Shown: positions 41,527 to 57,034 of the stretch, in pieces
Layout of the letters: each line of letters opens with the position of its first letter
Position numbering within the stretch: the stretch's first letter is position 1
Assembly: GCA_002269645.1 (NCBI GenBank)
Contig: NIVC01000850.1
Span: 310,001 to 374,000, forward strand
From: Macrostomum lignano
Lineage: Eukaryota
Length of the DNA: 64,000 nt
Reading direction: 5' to 3'
Program-made: the position numbers and the translations under genes
Notes under the pieces: generated by a model
What the model saw: only the letters and a program-made list of their open reading frames with translations
Databases searched by the model: none
What the model was told of the DNA's origin: nothing

Positions 41527-42030
41527 ACCTCAAATCTGAGACTGAGCACTCTCCTCAAATCTGAGACTGAGCAGTCTCCTCAAATCTGAGACTGAGCGCT
41601 CTCCTCAAATCTGAGACTGAGCAGTCTCCTCAAATCTGAGGACTGAGCAATTCTCCTCAAATCTGAGACTGAGCACTCTCCTCAAATCTGAGACTGAGCA
41701 CTCTCCTCAAATCTGAGACTGAGCAGTCTCCTCAAATCTGAGACTGAGCACTCTCCTCAAATCTAAGACTGAGCACTCTCCTCAAATCTGAGACTGAGCA
41801 CTCTCCTCAAAGCTGAGACTGAGCACTCTCCTCAAATCTGAGACTGAGCAACTCTCTTCAAATCTGAGACTGAGCACTCTCCTCAAATCTGAGACTGAGC
41901 ACTCTCCTCAAATCTGAGACTGAGCAACTCTCTTCAAATCTGAGACTGAGCATTCTCCTCAAATCTGAGACTGAGCAGTCTCTTCAAATCTGAGACTGAG
42001 CAGTCTCCTCAAATCTGAGACTGAGCACTG
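41527..42030. repeat. 25-bp minisatellite (CTCCTCAAATCTGAGACTGAGCACT), about 20 copies
   Basis: Period 25 (41531 to 41556). Confidence 0.95.
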
Positions 42031-43942
42031 CTCATATTGCAAAGTATCCTAGACAGAAGAAAAAATACAGTCAGAGTCGATGGGGTATAAAAAATTAGCA
42101 AAAATAGCAATCTCGTACAACTTTTTCTAAAGCTTCTTGAATTCCCAAAATCCTAGTCAAACGATACTCAACTTTAGCAGCAGTAAAAATAGCAAGGATT
42201 TTTAATACTGACATGCAAAATTTTGCTTGTACATGTACAGAACAGTAACTTCGGATGCAGAGGTTAGCAAACTTTTTTTACCTCAAGGGCCAAGGTAAAG
42301 AATTCCTAGCTCACTGCTGGGGTTAAAACGAGAGAGGAGAAGAGATCGAGGGAATAGAGAAGAGAAAGGAGAGAAGAGAGGAGAGAAGAGATTAACCTTG
42401 AGCGGACCGCATTGCTATTGTAAACTTGTGAAGTTTCCAAAGACCCGAGGGCCATATAATACGAGGGTTTCGCGGGCCGGAGTTCGCTGACCCCAGAGCT
42501 ACCAGGTCCCCCGTTATTTCAAAATGAGTCAGAGGCTCTCAGCTTCTCAAAATTAGGAACCAGCTATATACCGGTAGAATAGCTAAAGGCATTGCTTTAC
42601 ATAGGAGACCGGCCCACTCCATCCAGATCGTTATCGGCTGCTCTGATCTTTTGAGTAAAAATGAGTAGTCCCCCGACTCTTCTGTGAGTTGGTGGGCGTT
42701 GCGGGTATATCAATTTGAGGAAACAAAGAACACACTCAGATCATATCCGGAGACTGTTACACGCTTCTCAAAAAGACCCTATAGTATTTTTATTTTTATT
42801 AGAAAGATCAGCCAGAGCTCTCATCGCATGGCGCAAGGCTGAGTCGGTGATGTAATCCTTAGTACTCAAATTCTTGTCGTGAATTATTCATTAAAAGCAA
42901 TCTGCTAGCTAGCTCAGACTCTATAGCCAGCAAGATGGTGCTAACCTTTGGATGCTGCATCCGGTCTCTATGGGCTGTGGACTGAACTTTGAGCTCTGTT
43001 TAATCATCGAAAAAAACTATAGCTAGTTCTGGATTCTGAACTAACAACAGAGCCCCTCTTAATAGCATTTCCGGACAGTGGCCAGCTATCAAACGGGACG
43101 AGTTAAACTCGGCCAATCCTGCAATTAAGCAGTCAACTAACTGCCACAGAAACTCAAGCTCCGCCTCCGCAGACCGACTCAAAATAACGGTTGTTTTGTT
43201 GAGTTGTTTGCTCAGCTAATTGGCTTTCCATCTCTCTCTCTCTGTTTTACAATGGCAATTAAAATTAGTCGATCTTGCCGCTGAATTTTAAATTTAAGGC
43301 ACTGTGGAATCCAGTGTACATCTGTCACGAATGTACATTGGTTATTTCAGTTAGACAGGCGCGCGGAGCCTGAAAACTTTCTTTTCAGAGCTGACTTTTT
43401 CTTATTTAAATCTAAGTTGCGCTGTTACCCATCGGTTGAATGTACATTAGCTCAATGTACAGTTAGCCCTTTTCAATCCAGATCCGGGCGCTTCATTTCT
43501 CCGTTCCTTATAGCTAATGATTCTCTCCCATGATTTATTACTTAATACTCGTATAATACGGAAGTTTAATATGACAAAAATAATAGAATCTTTCTAGGAC
43601 CCTTCGTCGAGATTTTGTTAAAATAAATTTTTACATTTAAAACAAATAACTTTAAGACATGACTTAAACGGAGGCTTTGATGCCAGAGCTCACAGGGGGA
43701 TCTTAGGCTTTACATAGCTGGATTTCAGGTCTGATGCTTTTTTGCTTTAAAGAGCAAGATGCTAACAATTGCGTCTGTACAGGTGTACAGGGTACATGTG
43801 CATGTGTGCATGTAGGTAGTGGGTGTAAGGACAATGAGGGCGTGTTAACAATCTAAATTATTAATAACTTCACTGGTTTTAAACCAATTAAAACCTTCGA
43901 TAATTAGTTTCAGATTGTTCAACCCGTCGCATTGACATCCGC

Positions 43943-44800
43943 ATGACAACGCCCAGGATGCAGAGCTGCTCCATATTCGCATTTCTGTGCCTCTCTGCCG
44001 TCGCTGTCAACTTCGCCGCCAGCATGCACATCTTCGAATCGACCCTGCAGGTGAACGAAGAGGAACCAATTCGAACTTTGGCTAATGTTGCCACAGCCGG
44101 CAACCTGCGAGCGATACTCGGCGACATCCCCGGCCTCTCCTACAACTTTATGATGGGAACAGATCCTTACCTAGAAGTTGACGCCAGCACTGGCGACATC
44201 AGGCCGAAAGCCAAGCTCGACATTGAGGCCATGTGCCGATCTCCACTGAATGAGGGGACAACCTGCCGGGACGACAAGCTGATGCACAAGTTCACCATCA
44301 TCGTGCGCTCGCGCGGCAACCAAGTAGCTCGAGGCACTTTCACTCTCACTGTCTTAGATGTGAACGACAATGCCCCGGTATTTGCGCAAACTCTTCACGA
44401 AGAGAGACGAGATGAGAGCGTCTGCGTCGTTGTGCCAATCGCCTGCCCCAACCGTAAGATCTCTCTGTCAGTAGCCAAAGACAACGACCTGTCGTCAAAG
44501 TACAACACCATCAGCTATTCAATGGACCCGATAAACATGTCTCTGAACACTTCCGTGGACTTTCGACTAATTAGTCCGCAGGTTGGAGCTCCCCACCTGG
44601 AGATTGTGTCCGGTGTTGACGCGGAAAGAATCGAACAATACGAATTCACCCTGGTTGCTAGGGACTCGGGCGGTAAAGAGGGTCGCACCAAAATTCGCAT
44701 CATAATCAACGATGTGAATGACAACAGTCCGATGTTCACGAAGAAGACCTACGAAGTCGAGGTGCCCGAGAACACGCTGATAGGTGCAACAATTTTCAAT
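43943..44800 (+). CDS. Protocadherin (delta-like), first coding exon: signal peptide, EC1, EC2 and start of EC3
   Basis: Hydrophobic N-terminus (SIFAFLCLSAVAVNFAA); LDVNDNAPVF, AKDND, VDAE..ARDSG and INDVNDNSPMF..VPEN cadherin motifs. Acceptor TTTCAG| at 43913 upstream of the ATG; donor AAT|GTGAGT at 44801 (phase 0). Confidence 0.95.
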
Positions 44801-44898
44801 GTGAGTAGAAATTAGCACTTAAACAATTTTTTGACAATTTTGAAGTATTCTAAATGTGGACTGTCGCTCACGCTTCTGTCTAACTTGATTCCGCAAGC

Positions 44899-45254
44899 TT
44901 GCCTCCCAGATCCTCAGTTGCTGGGCCAGCCTCCCAGATCCGCAGTTGCTGGGCCAGCCTCCCAGATCCTCAGTTGCTGGGCCAGCCTCCCAGAGTGGCA
45001 GTTGCAGGGCCAGCTTCCCAGATCCTAAGTTACTGGGCTAGCCTCCCAGATCCTCAGTTGGTGGGCCAGCCTCCCAGAGTGTCAGTTGGTGGGCCAGCCT
45101 CCCAGATCCTTAGTTGCTGGGCCAGCCTCCCAGAGTGTCAGTTACTGGGCCAGCCTCCCAGATCCTCAGTTGCTGGGCCAGCCTCCCAGATCCTCAGTTG
45201 CTGGGCCAGCCTCCCAGATCCTCAGTTTCTGGGCCGGCCTCCCAGATCCTCTTA
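44899..45254. repeat. 28-bp minisatellite (CCTCCCAGATCCTCAGTTGCTGGGCCAG)
   Basis: Period 28 (44901 to 44929); CCCAG...CTGGG stem in the unit. Confidence 0.9.
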
Positions 45255-46521
45255 CTAGCTTTATTACAAGCCAGCACAAGAAACCCTAGGAAAAATGCAC
45301 CCAACCTACTATTTTCGCGCCCTCGGAGTTCATCGCTGTGAAGTTTTATCTTGTTGATTTAGAAACGAAACTTGCATCAAGATCTGGGCTTTAAAATACG
45401 CTCACAGGCTGCAGTTGGGCAGTTTCGCATTCTAAGATTGATGGCAGCCCGAATTTCCCCTGGGGGCTTGAAGACAGTTGAATCGGAATACATAGAAATG
45501 CATTTTGGTCCGGGGCTAGTTCCAAAAATACTTAACCGAAAGTGCAGACTTCTGCCAGCACGCAGGGCTACTCCTCCAGATGGGCCGGTTTTGCACTATA
45601 TTATCTGTTTCAACATCTCCTCTGACTACTAATACGGCATGCTCGCGCTTCTGCTCTTGGCAGTTTCCCTTCTTGCTTGGCGTCGCACCAGAGTCCAATA
45701 CTTTTGCTTCTTTTTGGTACTGCACAGAGCGCACTGCATGCCTGGGATTTCCCCATCTTCTTCCCAATCTCTCTCTCTCTCTCTCTCTCTTGTCTGCCTG
45801 TGAATTTCTCATTGGTAACCACAAGAGGCTGATGATAGTGCCTCCACTATTTTCCCTTCAGAAGCTATAGAGCCCGAAACTCCCGGGAGATTCATATTGT
45901 GTCATTCGTTAATACCTGATGCCGCCTCTCTGTCTCTCTCTGTCTCTCTCTCCCTCTCTCTCTGTCGTTACTATGCTATGCTAAGCATTGTATTAATCTA
46001 GGAGTATATAGAGGAGGCAACAGGGACAGATTTCGATTCGAAGATAAACTTGGGACACCTATAGCCATATAGGTACGCCATTGCCGCAGGGTTGTATCAT
46101 CCTTCCCAATCTTTTTTCCCTTTGCAGCCATGCGGATTTCCATCCTTGCTGCTCTTTTTCCTTCTTCTTCTTCTTGTCCCTAAAGTTGTTTTGGGCCCGC
46201 GGATCTGACAGTGACTGCAGGACGTCATTGTCTTGCTCTGCATGTCCGCCGCCGCGGCAGGATAAAGATATGGAACAGGCATTTTGAATTTGCGAGCGAA
46301 TGATGGACATGAAGTGGGAGACAGAGGGTTAGAGATAGTATGCGCCTTAGATAGGATTTCAACACGAACTGCTGTCAACAGGAAGCCATGTTGCTATTTA
46401 GTTGGTTTTTAGTTCATTTTGTCAATTCTATGTTAAATTTTAATACTTAACGAAATTTATTACCTGACTGTAAAGTTATGGTCTAGATTTAAATAGTAGA
46501 AACTTTTGTGACACTGGGGAA

Positions 46522-47309
46522 TGGAATGGTTTAAGGACCCTAAGAATGGTTTAAGGACCCTAAGAATGGTTTAAGGACCCTAAGAATGGTTTAAGGACCC
46601 TAAGAATGGTTTAAGGACCCTAAGAATGGTTTAAGGACCCTAAGAATGGTTTAAGGACCCTAAGAATGGTTTAAGGACCCTAAGAATGGTTTAAGGTCCC
46701 TAAGAATGGTTTAAGGACCCTAAGAATGGTTTAAGGACCCTAAGAGTGGCTTAAGAACCATAAGAATGGTTTAAGGACCCTAAGAATGGTTTAAGGACCC
46801 TAAGAATGGTTTAAGGACCCTAAGAATGGTTTAAGGACCCTAAGAATGGTTTAAGGACCCTAAGAATGATTTAAGGACCCTAAGAATGGTTTAAGGACCC
46901 TAAGAATGGTTTAAGGACCCTAAGAATGGTTTAAGGACCCTAAGAATGGTTTAAGGACCCTAAGAGTGGCTTAAGAACCATAAGAATGGTTTAAGGACCC
47001 TAAGAATGGTTTAAGGACCCTAAGAATGGTTTAAGGACCCTAAGAATGGTTTAAGGACCCTAAGAATGGTTTAAGGACCCTAAGAGTGGCTTAAGAACCA
47101 TAAGAATGGTTTAAGGACCCTAAGAATGGTTTAAGGACCCTAAGAATGGTTTAAGGACCCTAAGAATGGTTTAAGGACCCTAAGAATGGTTTAAGGACCC
47201 TAAGAATGGTTTAAGGACCCTAAGAGTGGCTTAAGAACCATAAGAATGGTTTAAGGACCCTAAGAATGGTTTAAGGACCCTAAGAATGGTTTAAGGACCC
47301 TAAGAATGG
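46522..47309. repeat. 20-bp minisatellite (TTAAGGACCCTAAGAATGGT), about 39 copies
   Basis: Direct; contains CCCTAA (TTAGGG on the minus strand); variant block at 46741, 46961, 47081 and 47221. Confidence 0.95.
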
Positions 47310-48019
47310 GCAAAGATCCTTTGAAATGGCCCCTTGCGGGCACCCCAGAGATGATAAAAGGACATAAATGTGTTATCGAATAGTTTTTTTGCATTCACCA
47401 GCCAAGCAGTTGTCTGTTGAAGTGTGTTTTCATTTTCTTCTTGAAATTCAGCCAGTAGTTTTCAGTATAAGGTAAAGTCTAATAAGCATGAAATATGAAA
47501 TATAATTGCATGTATCGGTTTTTATCGCTTCGGTCGTCCTTATTTTGGCCCATTTCTGGCACAAGACTGCTCATGCTCTTTCTGACTGAGCTGGTTAAAA
47601 TTTCCAGGGGAGGAATGCAGACTCGGCCTTCTGTCTTCTTGCTGTTAAATTAAAAAAAACTTTGGGGTGCCCTCCGTTTCTGCTTTTCTGCTATTTTTGC
47701 CTTTCTTAAATTTGTTTAATTGTTACTTTTTTGCCAATTCCGGACTCAGGCAATAAATTCCTAATAAAGTAACTTATCTAACAGTTTCTTTTATGGATTT
47801 ATATGTAGTGTGTACGTTTTGTACATGGAGATTGCTAACTTAATGGCAGTCCACACCAGATTAAATAGATACTCGTAGATTGCTCAAATCAATCCTAAAA
47901 TGAGTTTGAACAAACTATACAATGATTTGAGCAATATCTAATGTACTAAAATTAAAGTTCCAAAGAAGTTCTCTCAGAAAAAGGTCGAAAGTCGTCTACA
48001 TCGACTTGTATTATTACCG

Positions 48020-48283
48020 TTGTTTTTTACACCTGCCATAATCGCCAGATGTGCAACCGACAGCTTAGTGACATCTGAAGGTTGTTGAGGCCAAGGACTG
48101 GGGGGTCGCCACACACACCCTCAGTTACCCGCACCCATTTTACAGCTGGGTGAACTGAAGCAATGCATAGTTAAGGTGTCTTGCTCAATAAGGACACAAA
48201 TTGTTCCAGTGGGATCGGGAATCGAACCTCCGACCTTCAGGTCGAGAGTCCGACGCTCTAAACACTAGGCTAGAGACCCCTGC
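48020..48283 (-). mobile_element. tRNA-derived SINE with a CORE/MIR-like domain, copy 2 (inverted relative to copy 1)
   Basis: The minus strand reads GGGGTCTCTAGCCTAGTG..GGTTCGATTCC..GTGTCCTTATTGAGCAAGACACC..CCCAGCTGTAAAATGGGTGC..GCGACCCCCCAGTCCTTGG..GCTGTCGGTTGC and ends in an A-rich tail. Confidence 0.82.
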
Positions 48284-48819
48284 CATGGGATTATTGCAAT
48301 GGTACTAGTTGAAACAGTGTAAAGATTTGGAAGTGGACTTAAATTCAAAATAGACACACCCGAACACACCTAAGCAAGGCCTTAACCCAACCTGGATGCA
48401 CAAGTCCAGCTATAAGCCGCTAAGTGGCAAGCGATGTTCCGGTGTCAGTCATTGGAAACCAGCCAGCTTACGCGCATATTTCAGGTATATACTGTAGGTA
48501 GAAAATAACTGAAATCTGAAATCGAATATGCCAGAAATTTCGATTAGGGGATGGGGCCTAAGCCTTGAAGCTTCTACCATGAGTGAGTGAGTGTTAAGCT
48601 TCAAGCTAAAAAGTGTCTCTTTAAGCTATTGACAAACACCTTTAGGTTAGATTAGGGCGATTCGTAAGCCTACTGCTGCATAGATGAACGGCTGCAACTA
48701 AAAAAAGCAGAGAATATATTTCTCAAGCCAAAGCTTGGCATTAGGAGATCAATTTCTGCAGTGCTGAAATCCTTTAGGTGAAGTTTTTAGCGTTTCTTGG
48801 GATACTGGAGGAAAGTGAG

Positions 48820-50077
48820 GACACACAGATGGGTAACAAACACACGGAGCTAGGACACACAGATGGGTAACAGACACATGGAGCTAGGACACACAGATGG
48901 GTAACAGACACATGGAGCTAGGACACACAGATGGGTAACAGACACATGGAGCTAGGACACACAGATGGGTAACAGACACACGGAGCTAGGACACACAGAT
49001 GGGTAACAAACACACGGAGCTAGGACACACAGATGGGTAACAAACACACGGAGCTAGGACACACAGATGGGTAACAGACACATGGAGCTAGGACACACAG
49101 ATGGGTAACAGACACACGGAGCTAGGACACACAGATGGGTAACAGACACACGGAGCTAGGACACACAGATGGGTAACAAACACATGGAGCTAGGACACAC
49201 AGATGGGTAACAAACACACGGAGCTAGGACACACAGATGGGTAACAGACGCATGGAGCTAGGACACACAGATGGGTAACAGACACACGAAGCTAGGACAC
49301 ACAGATGGGTAGCAGACACACGAAGCTAGGACACACAGATGGGTAACAGACACATGGAGCTAGGACACACAGATGGGTAACAGACACACGAAGCTAGGAC
49401 ACACAGATGGGTAGCAGACACACAAAGCTAGGACACACAGATGGGTAACAGATACATGGAGCTAGGACACACAGATGGGTAACAGACACACGAAGCTAGG
49501 ACACACAGATGGGTAACAGACACACGGAGCTAGGACACACGGAGCTAGGACACACGGAGCTAGGACACACGGAGCTAGGACACATGGGGCTAGGACACTT
49601 GGGGCTAGGACGTTTGGGGCTAGGACACATGAGGCTAGGACACATGGGGCTAGGACACATGGGGCTAGGACACTTGGGGCTAGGACACACGGAGCTAGGA
49701 CACACGGAGCTAGGACACACGGAGCTAGGACACATGGGGCTAGGACACATGGGGCTAGGACACATGGGGCTAGGACACATGGGGCTAGGACACATGGGGC
49801 TAGGACACATGGGGCTAGGACACATGGGCTAGGACACACCGGGCTAGGACACACGGAGCTAGGACACACGGAGCTAGGACACACGGAGCTAGGACACACG
49901 GAGCTAGGACACACGGAGCTAGGACACATGGGGCTAGGACACATGGGGCTAGGACACACCGGGCTGGGACACATGGGCTAGGACACACAGGGCTAGGACA
50001 CACAGGGCTAGGACACACAGGGCTAGGACACACAGGGCTAGGACACACAGGGCTAGGACACACAGGGCTAGGACACA
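48820..50077. repeat. Compound array: 34-bp unit (GGAGCTAGGACACACAGATGGGTAACAGACACAC) switching at about 49525 to a derived 14-15-bp unit (GCTAGGACACACGGA / GCTAGGACACATGGG)
   Basis: Direct periodicity; shared GCTAGGACAC core. Confidence 0.92.
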
Positions 50078-50748
50078 GGCAGCAGAAGTCGTACTAATCA
50101 TTTGCTTATCTATTTAAGCGATCTAAGCCACCTGAGAACAGGATGCAAACCATCTCAAGGATTTTTGTCATTCAAAGTGTACTCGGGTAGCCCCGTTCCA
50201 TGCAAAAAATTTTCCTTCTGCAATTCTGACGACGAGAAGAATGTGACAAAATGTAAGAGTCGTTTGCAGCATCACTCTCATCCAGCCCCACTTATGCTGC
50301 TGGGGCTGCAGGATGAATTTCATTTTTATAGCCTTTGGTGAGGAGAATAGAAGAATCGAGGCTGAAGATGAAGAATGATGAAGCGTTGCAGAAGGATGCT
50401 GGAGTGCTTGCGTGTGTCTGCCGCTTTTCCGTCCTCTCAGCTTTGTTGGCTTTTGGTTCCTGGTAGTATGGGCTTTCTTCTACTTCAATGCAGAGCCGCC
50501 ATGCAGGTACATATGCATATCATTTTGTTGCTATGGCCTAATTCCTGAGCTCTCCCAGTCTGATGGAGAATGCGTGTGAGATGTGGCGCCCCCGCCCGCT
50601 TTCTCTTCTAGCCGATTTCGACAGGCAATTGGGCGTTTCCGTTTTTTACCTGAGTTTTTGTGCTGCGCATAATTTGCTTTGGTGCTCCATTGGCGTGCTT
50701 TATTTAGCTCTTTTAGTGCTACAACGCACCTGAGAGCAGTGAACAATG

Positions 50749-51962
<1,214 letters not shown>

Positions 51963-52723
51963 TGTGCACAGCAGTCAGACACAACAGATCATCTGCAACC
52001 CACCTGCTGAAATGTGCAACTTAGCCGAAACAGAACCATTTTGATCGTCTTGTTTATTTCTCAAACACACGAATGATGCAGAGGATATTTAGCAGAGGCT
52101 CCACAGAGGCTGGGGGAGCCAAGCACGCAGGCAGCGCCACCAGCCACCGATTTTCCTAATGGATTGAAAAGTTCAGTCGAAGCTGAAGTCACCAGAAACG
52201 GTTCGTTCAGGGGAGTTTTCGGAATAAATTTATGTGTGAAAAATCCGAGGCATATATGCACGGTAGGCACTATAACCCAATCCCTTGCTTTAGAATTCTC
52301 TCTGCACTGACCGCTCTCTAGAACGCTTTAAGAATTGAAGGTTTCAGCAATTGAACCGCGGTGTTAGAGTATGCGTTTTGGGGGGCTGATGGAATGGTTA
52401 CTAGCCCTGTTAGCCATATGCTTGCCAGTCCCTTACACAAGTGCTGACGTATGAATTTGTGGAGAATTTATTATCATTTTTTGGCAGAGAACTTTGCGAA
52501 GGAAATAAAGTGCAAAGCCTGCGATGTTCGAGAATTCCGGTAGCGCGAGGGCAGATCCTGCTAGTGCAAATTGGGGTTTGACTCAAATTAGAAAGCTGAT
52601 ATTATTTACTCTGGAGTCAGTGGCACACATATGCTTTGCACTTTGCACTTCAATGCTCACAGCAGTTTAGGATTTAAAAACTTGCATGTTGTGTTTAAAT
52701 ATAAGGCTATGAATGAATGAATA

Positions 52724-53155
52724 GAATGAACAGGAGATCATGAAGATGGTAATTCTTAGAATGAACAGGAGATCATGAAGATGGTAATTCTTAGAATGAA
52801 CAGGAGATCATGAAGATGGTAATTCTTAGAATGAACAGGAGATCATGAAGATGGTAATTCTTAGAATGAACAGGAGGTCATGAAGATGGTAATTCTTAGA
52901 ATGAACAGGAGGTCATGAAGATGGTAATTCTTAGAATGAACAGGAGGTCATGAAGATGGTAATTCTTAGAATGAACAGGAGGTCATGAAGATGGTAATTC
53001 TTAGAATGAACAGGAGATCATGAAGATGGATATTCTTAGAATGAACAGGAGATCATGAAGATGGATATTCTTAGAATGAACAGGAGATCATGAAGATGGA
53101 CATTCTTTGAATAAACAGGAGATCATGAAGATGGATATTCTTAGATCATGAAGAT
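52724..53155. repeat. 35-bp minisatellite (AATGAACAGGAGATCATGAAGATGGTAATTCTTAG)
   Basis: Period 35 (52760 to 52795). Confidence 0.92.
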
Positions 53156-53574
53156 GCAATGAGAATAATGAGCCAGACATTAGAAGTCAAAACAAAGATA
53201 ATGAAGAAGAGACTTAAAAGCAAATTGCAGCAATTTACATTCATACAGAAGCACAAACGCACCGTCAAAGAAAACAGTTGGCCTTTGTAAAATCATTCCA
53301 TCAATTTACGATACTAAGCGTACGGTGCATGTATTGATATAATTTGCCTGTAGACAGCATGACAGTTGGACAGGGGTCGAACTCCTTTCCTCTGCTTCTA
53401 TCTTCGCTTGTTTATCTTCTGGATAGCAACTGACCAAATAAATAAAAGGGCGCAGCATAGCCCCAAGTTTAATTAGACCTTTTAATAAGATTAGTGCGGT
53501 ATTTTAGGATAGTAAAGAATAATGCTGGTATGGAAATTGTAGAAAAATATTAAAGGTTTTCGAGAATCGTGATA

Positions 53575-54135
53575 GATAGGAGAGAGGAAGAGAGAGTGGT
53601 AGAGCGGAGGAGAGCGGAGGAGAGAGTAGTGGTAGAGAGCGGACGAGAAAGGTGTGGACAGCGGAGGAGAGAGTAGAGGTAGAGAGCGAAAGAGAAAGTG
53701 GTAGAGAGCGGAGGAGAGAGTGGTAGAGAGCGGAGGAGAGAGTGGTAGAGAGCGGAGGAGAGAGTGGTAGAGAGCGGAGGAGAGAGTGGTAGAGAGCGGA
53801 GGAGAGAGTGGTAGAGAGCGGAGGAGAGCGGAGGAGAGAGTAGAGGTAGAGAGCGAAAGAGAGAGTGGTAGAGAGCGGAGGAGAGAGTGGTAGAGAGCGG
53901 AGGAGAGAGTGGTAGAGAGCGGAGGAGAGAGTGGTAGAGAGCGGAGGAGAGAGTGGTAGAGAGCGGAGGTGAGAGTAGTGGTAGAGAGCGGAGGAGAGAG
54001 CGGAGGAGAGAGCGGAGGAGAGAGTGGTAGAGAGCGGAGGTGAGAGTAGTGGTAGAGAGCGGAGGAGAGAGCGGAGGAGAGAGCGGAGGAGAGAGCGGAG
54101 GAGAGAGCGGAGGAGAGAGCGGAGGTGAGGGAGAG
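53575..54135. repeat. 22-bp/12-bp purine-rich minisatellite (GAGCGGAGGAGAGAGTGGTAGA)
   Basis: Direct periodicity. Confidence 0.9.
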
Positions 54136-54695
54136 CGACAGCAGACGAGGTGTAAGCAATCGATAGTGTATGAGAGACAGAAGTGTACTAAGCAGGAAGG
54201 CAAGTAAATCCCCTTGGTGGAGCTCAGAGTGCCTGGGCGGAATTAGAACTACACCGCTCTGCTCTCTGCCGCATTCCTATCCAAAAAGTTCCTCCAACCC
54301 CTAAAAGCAAAGTCCTCTGTAAAATTTTCGATTGCATTATCCCTCCCTCTGCATGGCCCAGTGCCTCAGCGTTGCATAATTAATGGGGCTTGGATTTCGC
54401 TCGAACGAGCAACAGCCAAACTGAAGCGTTCTACGAATCGATTCGGGCGAATCCTATCCGTCCCCATTCGATGTAAAATTCTCCTTTTTGTCCGTCTGTC
54501 TGTCCGCCTGTCTGTCTGTCCGTCGTTTTCCCTCCTCCAGAGTCAGGCTTTGAAATTGATTGGGGGGTTTGCCGCCTGCCTGCCGGGGTGTCCGCGCGCC
54601 AGTCTCTGGGGTGACTCCTTGGTGGGGGGGGAGCAGGCAGTTTTAACTGCGAGGATGCTGAAGCTGTTGTGCTCGGTTGCGACCGACTGCATCCA

Positions 54696-55837
<1,142 letters not shown>

Positions 55838-56059
55838 GGATCCTAGTATTTATATATTGTGACAATACAATGCAAACTATTGCAATACGAGGTACCTATC
55901 GATAGATCCTCATATTATCTTGTTAACAATTATATGCATTTTAGCACTAATGCTTTTTGTTTTATCTGCCGGCTTGCCGAGCCAATTAATTATTAATTAG
56001 TCCGCATACTTTTGACACTATACAGTCTTAGAAAAATATTAGGTGTAACTTAGCGCTAA

Positions 56060-56200
56060 TCATGAATGCCTAATAGATACCTATGTAGGCCTAATAGCTA
56101 GCTATGAATACCTAATAGACATCTATGAATGCCTAATAGACATCTAATAGGCATTATATGTCTATTAGCATTTTGCATTCCAGAGGCATTAGACTTTCAG
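56060..56200. repeat. Short degenerate 21-bp array (TGAATGCCTAATAGACATCTA)
   Basis: About 4-6 recognisable copies. Confidence 0.7.
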
Positions 56201-56774
56201 CCTAATAAACTAATGTACTTTTGGGCGTCAAAAGTTGGCCTGAGCGCATATTATATATCATATCCAAAGGTTCCGCCATCTGACAGCTGTCAAGCCAACC
56301 GTGAACCCCTTCATCAATCCATCAGTGCACTGACAAGGGAAAGTAAGCCATGCCATCTTAAACCGGGCGATTCTTTTTTGACATTTTATCTGCTCAAAAA
56401 ATTGCTCATTGAGAGCAGCTTTGGGGTGTAAAGGGGAGTTAGCCTATCAAATCCTATTGATCAGTTGATCATAGTTTGAGCTGCTGCAACTGCCTACCTA
56501 TAACCTAGCACGTTGGTTCCTTCCGCTCTCCGCTCAGTGCAGCCTCTCTTACCTGCATTGTGGAAAATCAGACAGAGCGGAGCCAGGAGATGCCGCCAGG
56601 TTTTTCTTGCTGGCAAAAGGCAATTGAGAGCAAAGGCGTTTTGACGTAAGAAAGGAAATCACTGATTATAATTGTAGTGCCGTCCTTGATAGATTTCTGG
56701 TTGCAACTTCAACATGGAGTTGTCGCTGTCTTTAAACTTCAGATTGCAGCAGATTTTTCCTTGCTTTGGCTAAC

Positions 56775-57034
56775 CTAATCTTTAGATTTCTGCTTTTAGG
56801 ATTTCTGCTTTTAGGATTGGATGCTTTTACCCTCGTAGATTTCTACTTTTAGGATTTCTGATTTAGGATTTCTGCTTTCATATTTCTGCTTTCAGATTTC
56901 TGCTCTTAGGATTGCAAGCCTTCAGATTTCTGCTTTTAGGATTGCATGCTTTTAGATTTCTGCTTTTAGGATTGCATGCTTTTAGATTTCTGCTTTTAGG
57001 ATTTCTGCTTTTAGTTTTCTGCTTCTGCTTTCAG
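56775..57034. repeat. 15-bp array (GATTTCTGCTTTTAG) resembling tandem 3' splice sites
   Basis: Direct periodicity; most units end in a pyrimidine-rich stretch plus TAG or CAG. Confidence 0.85.

Noticed and set aside
40048-48283. SINE heads as functional tRNA genes
   Set aside because: Acceptor stems do not close, the putative anticodons differ between copies, and the sequence continues into a shared SINE body.
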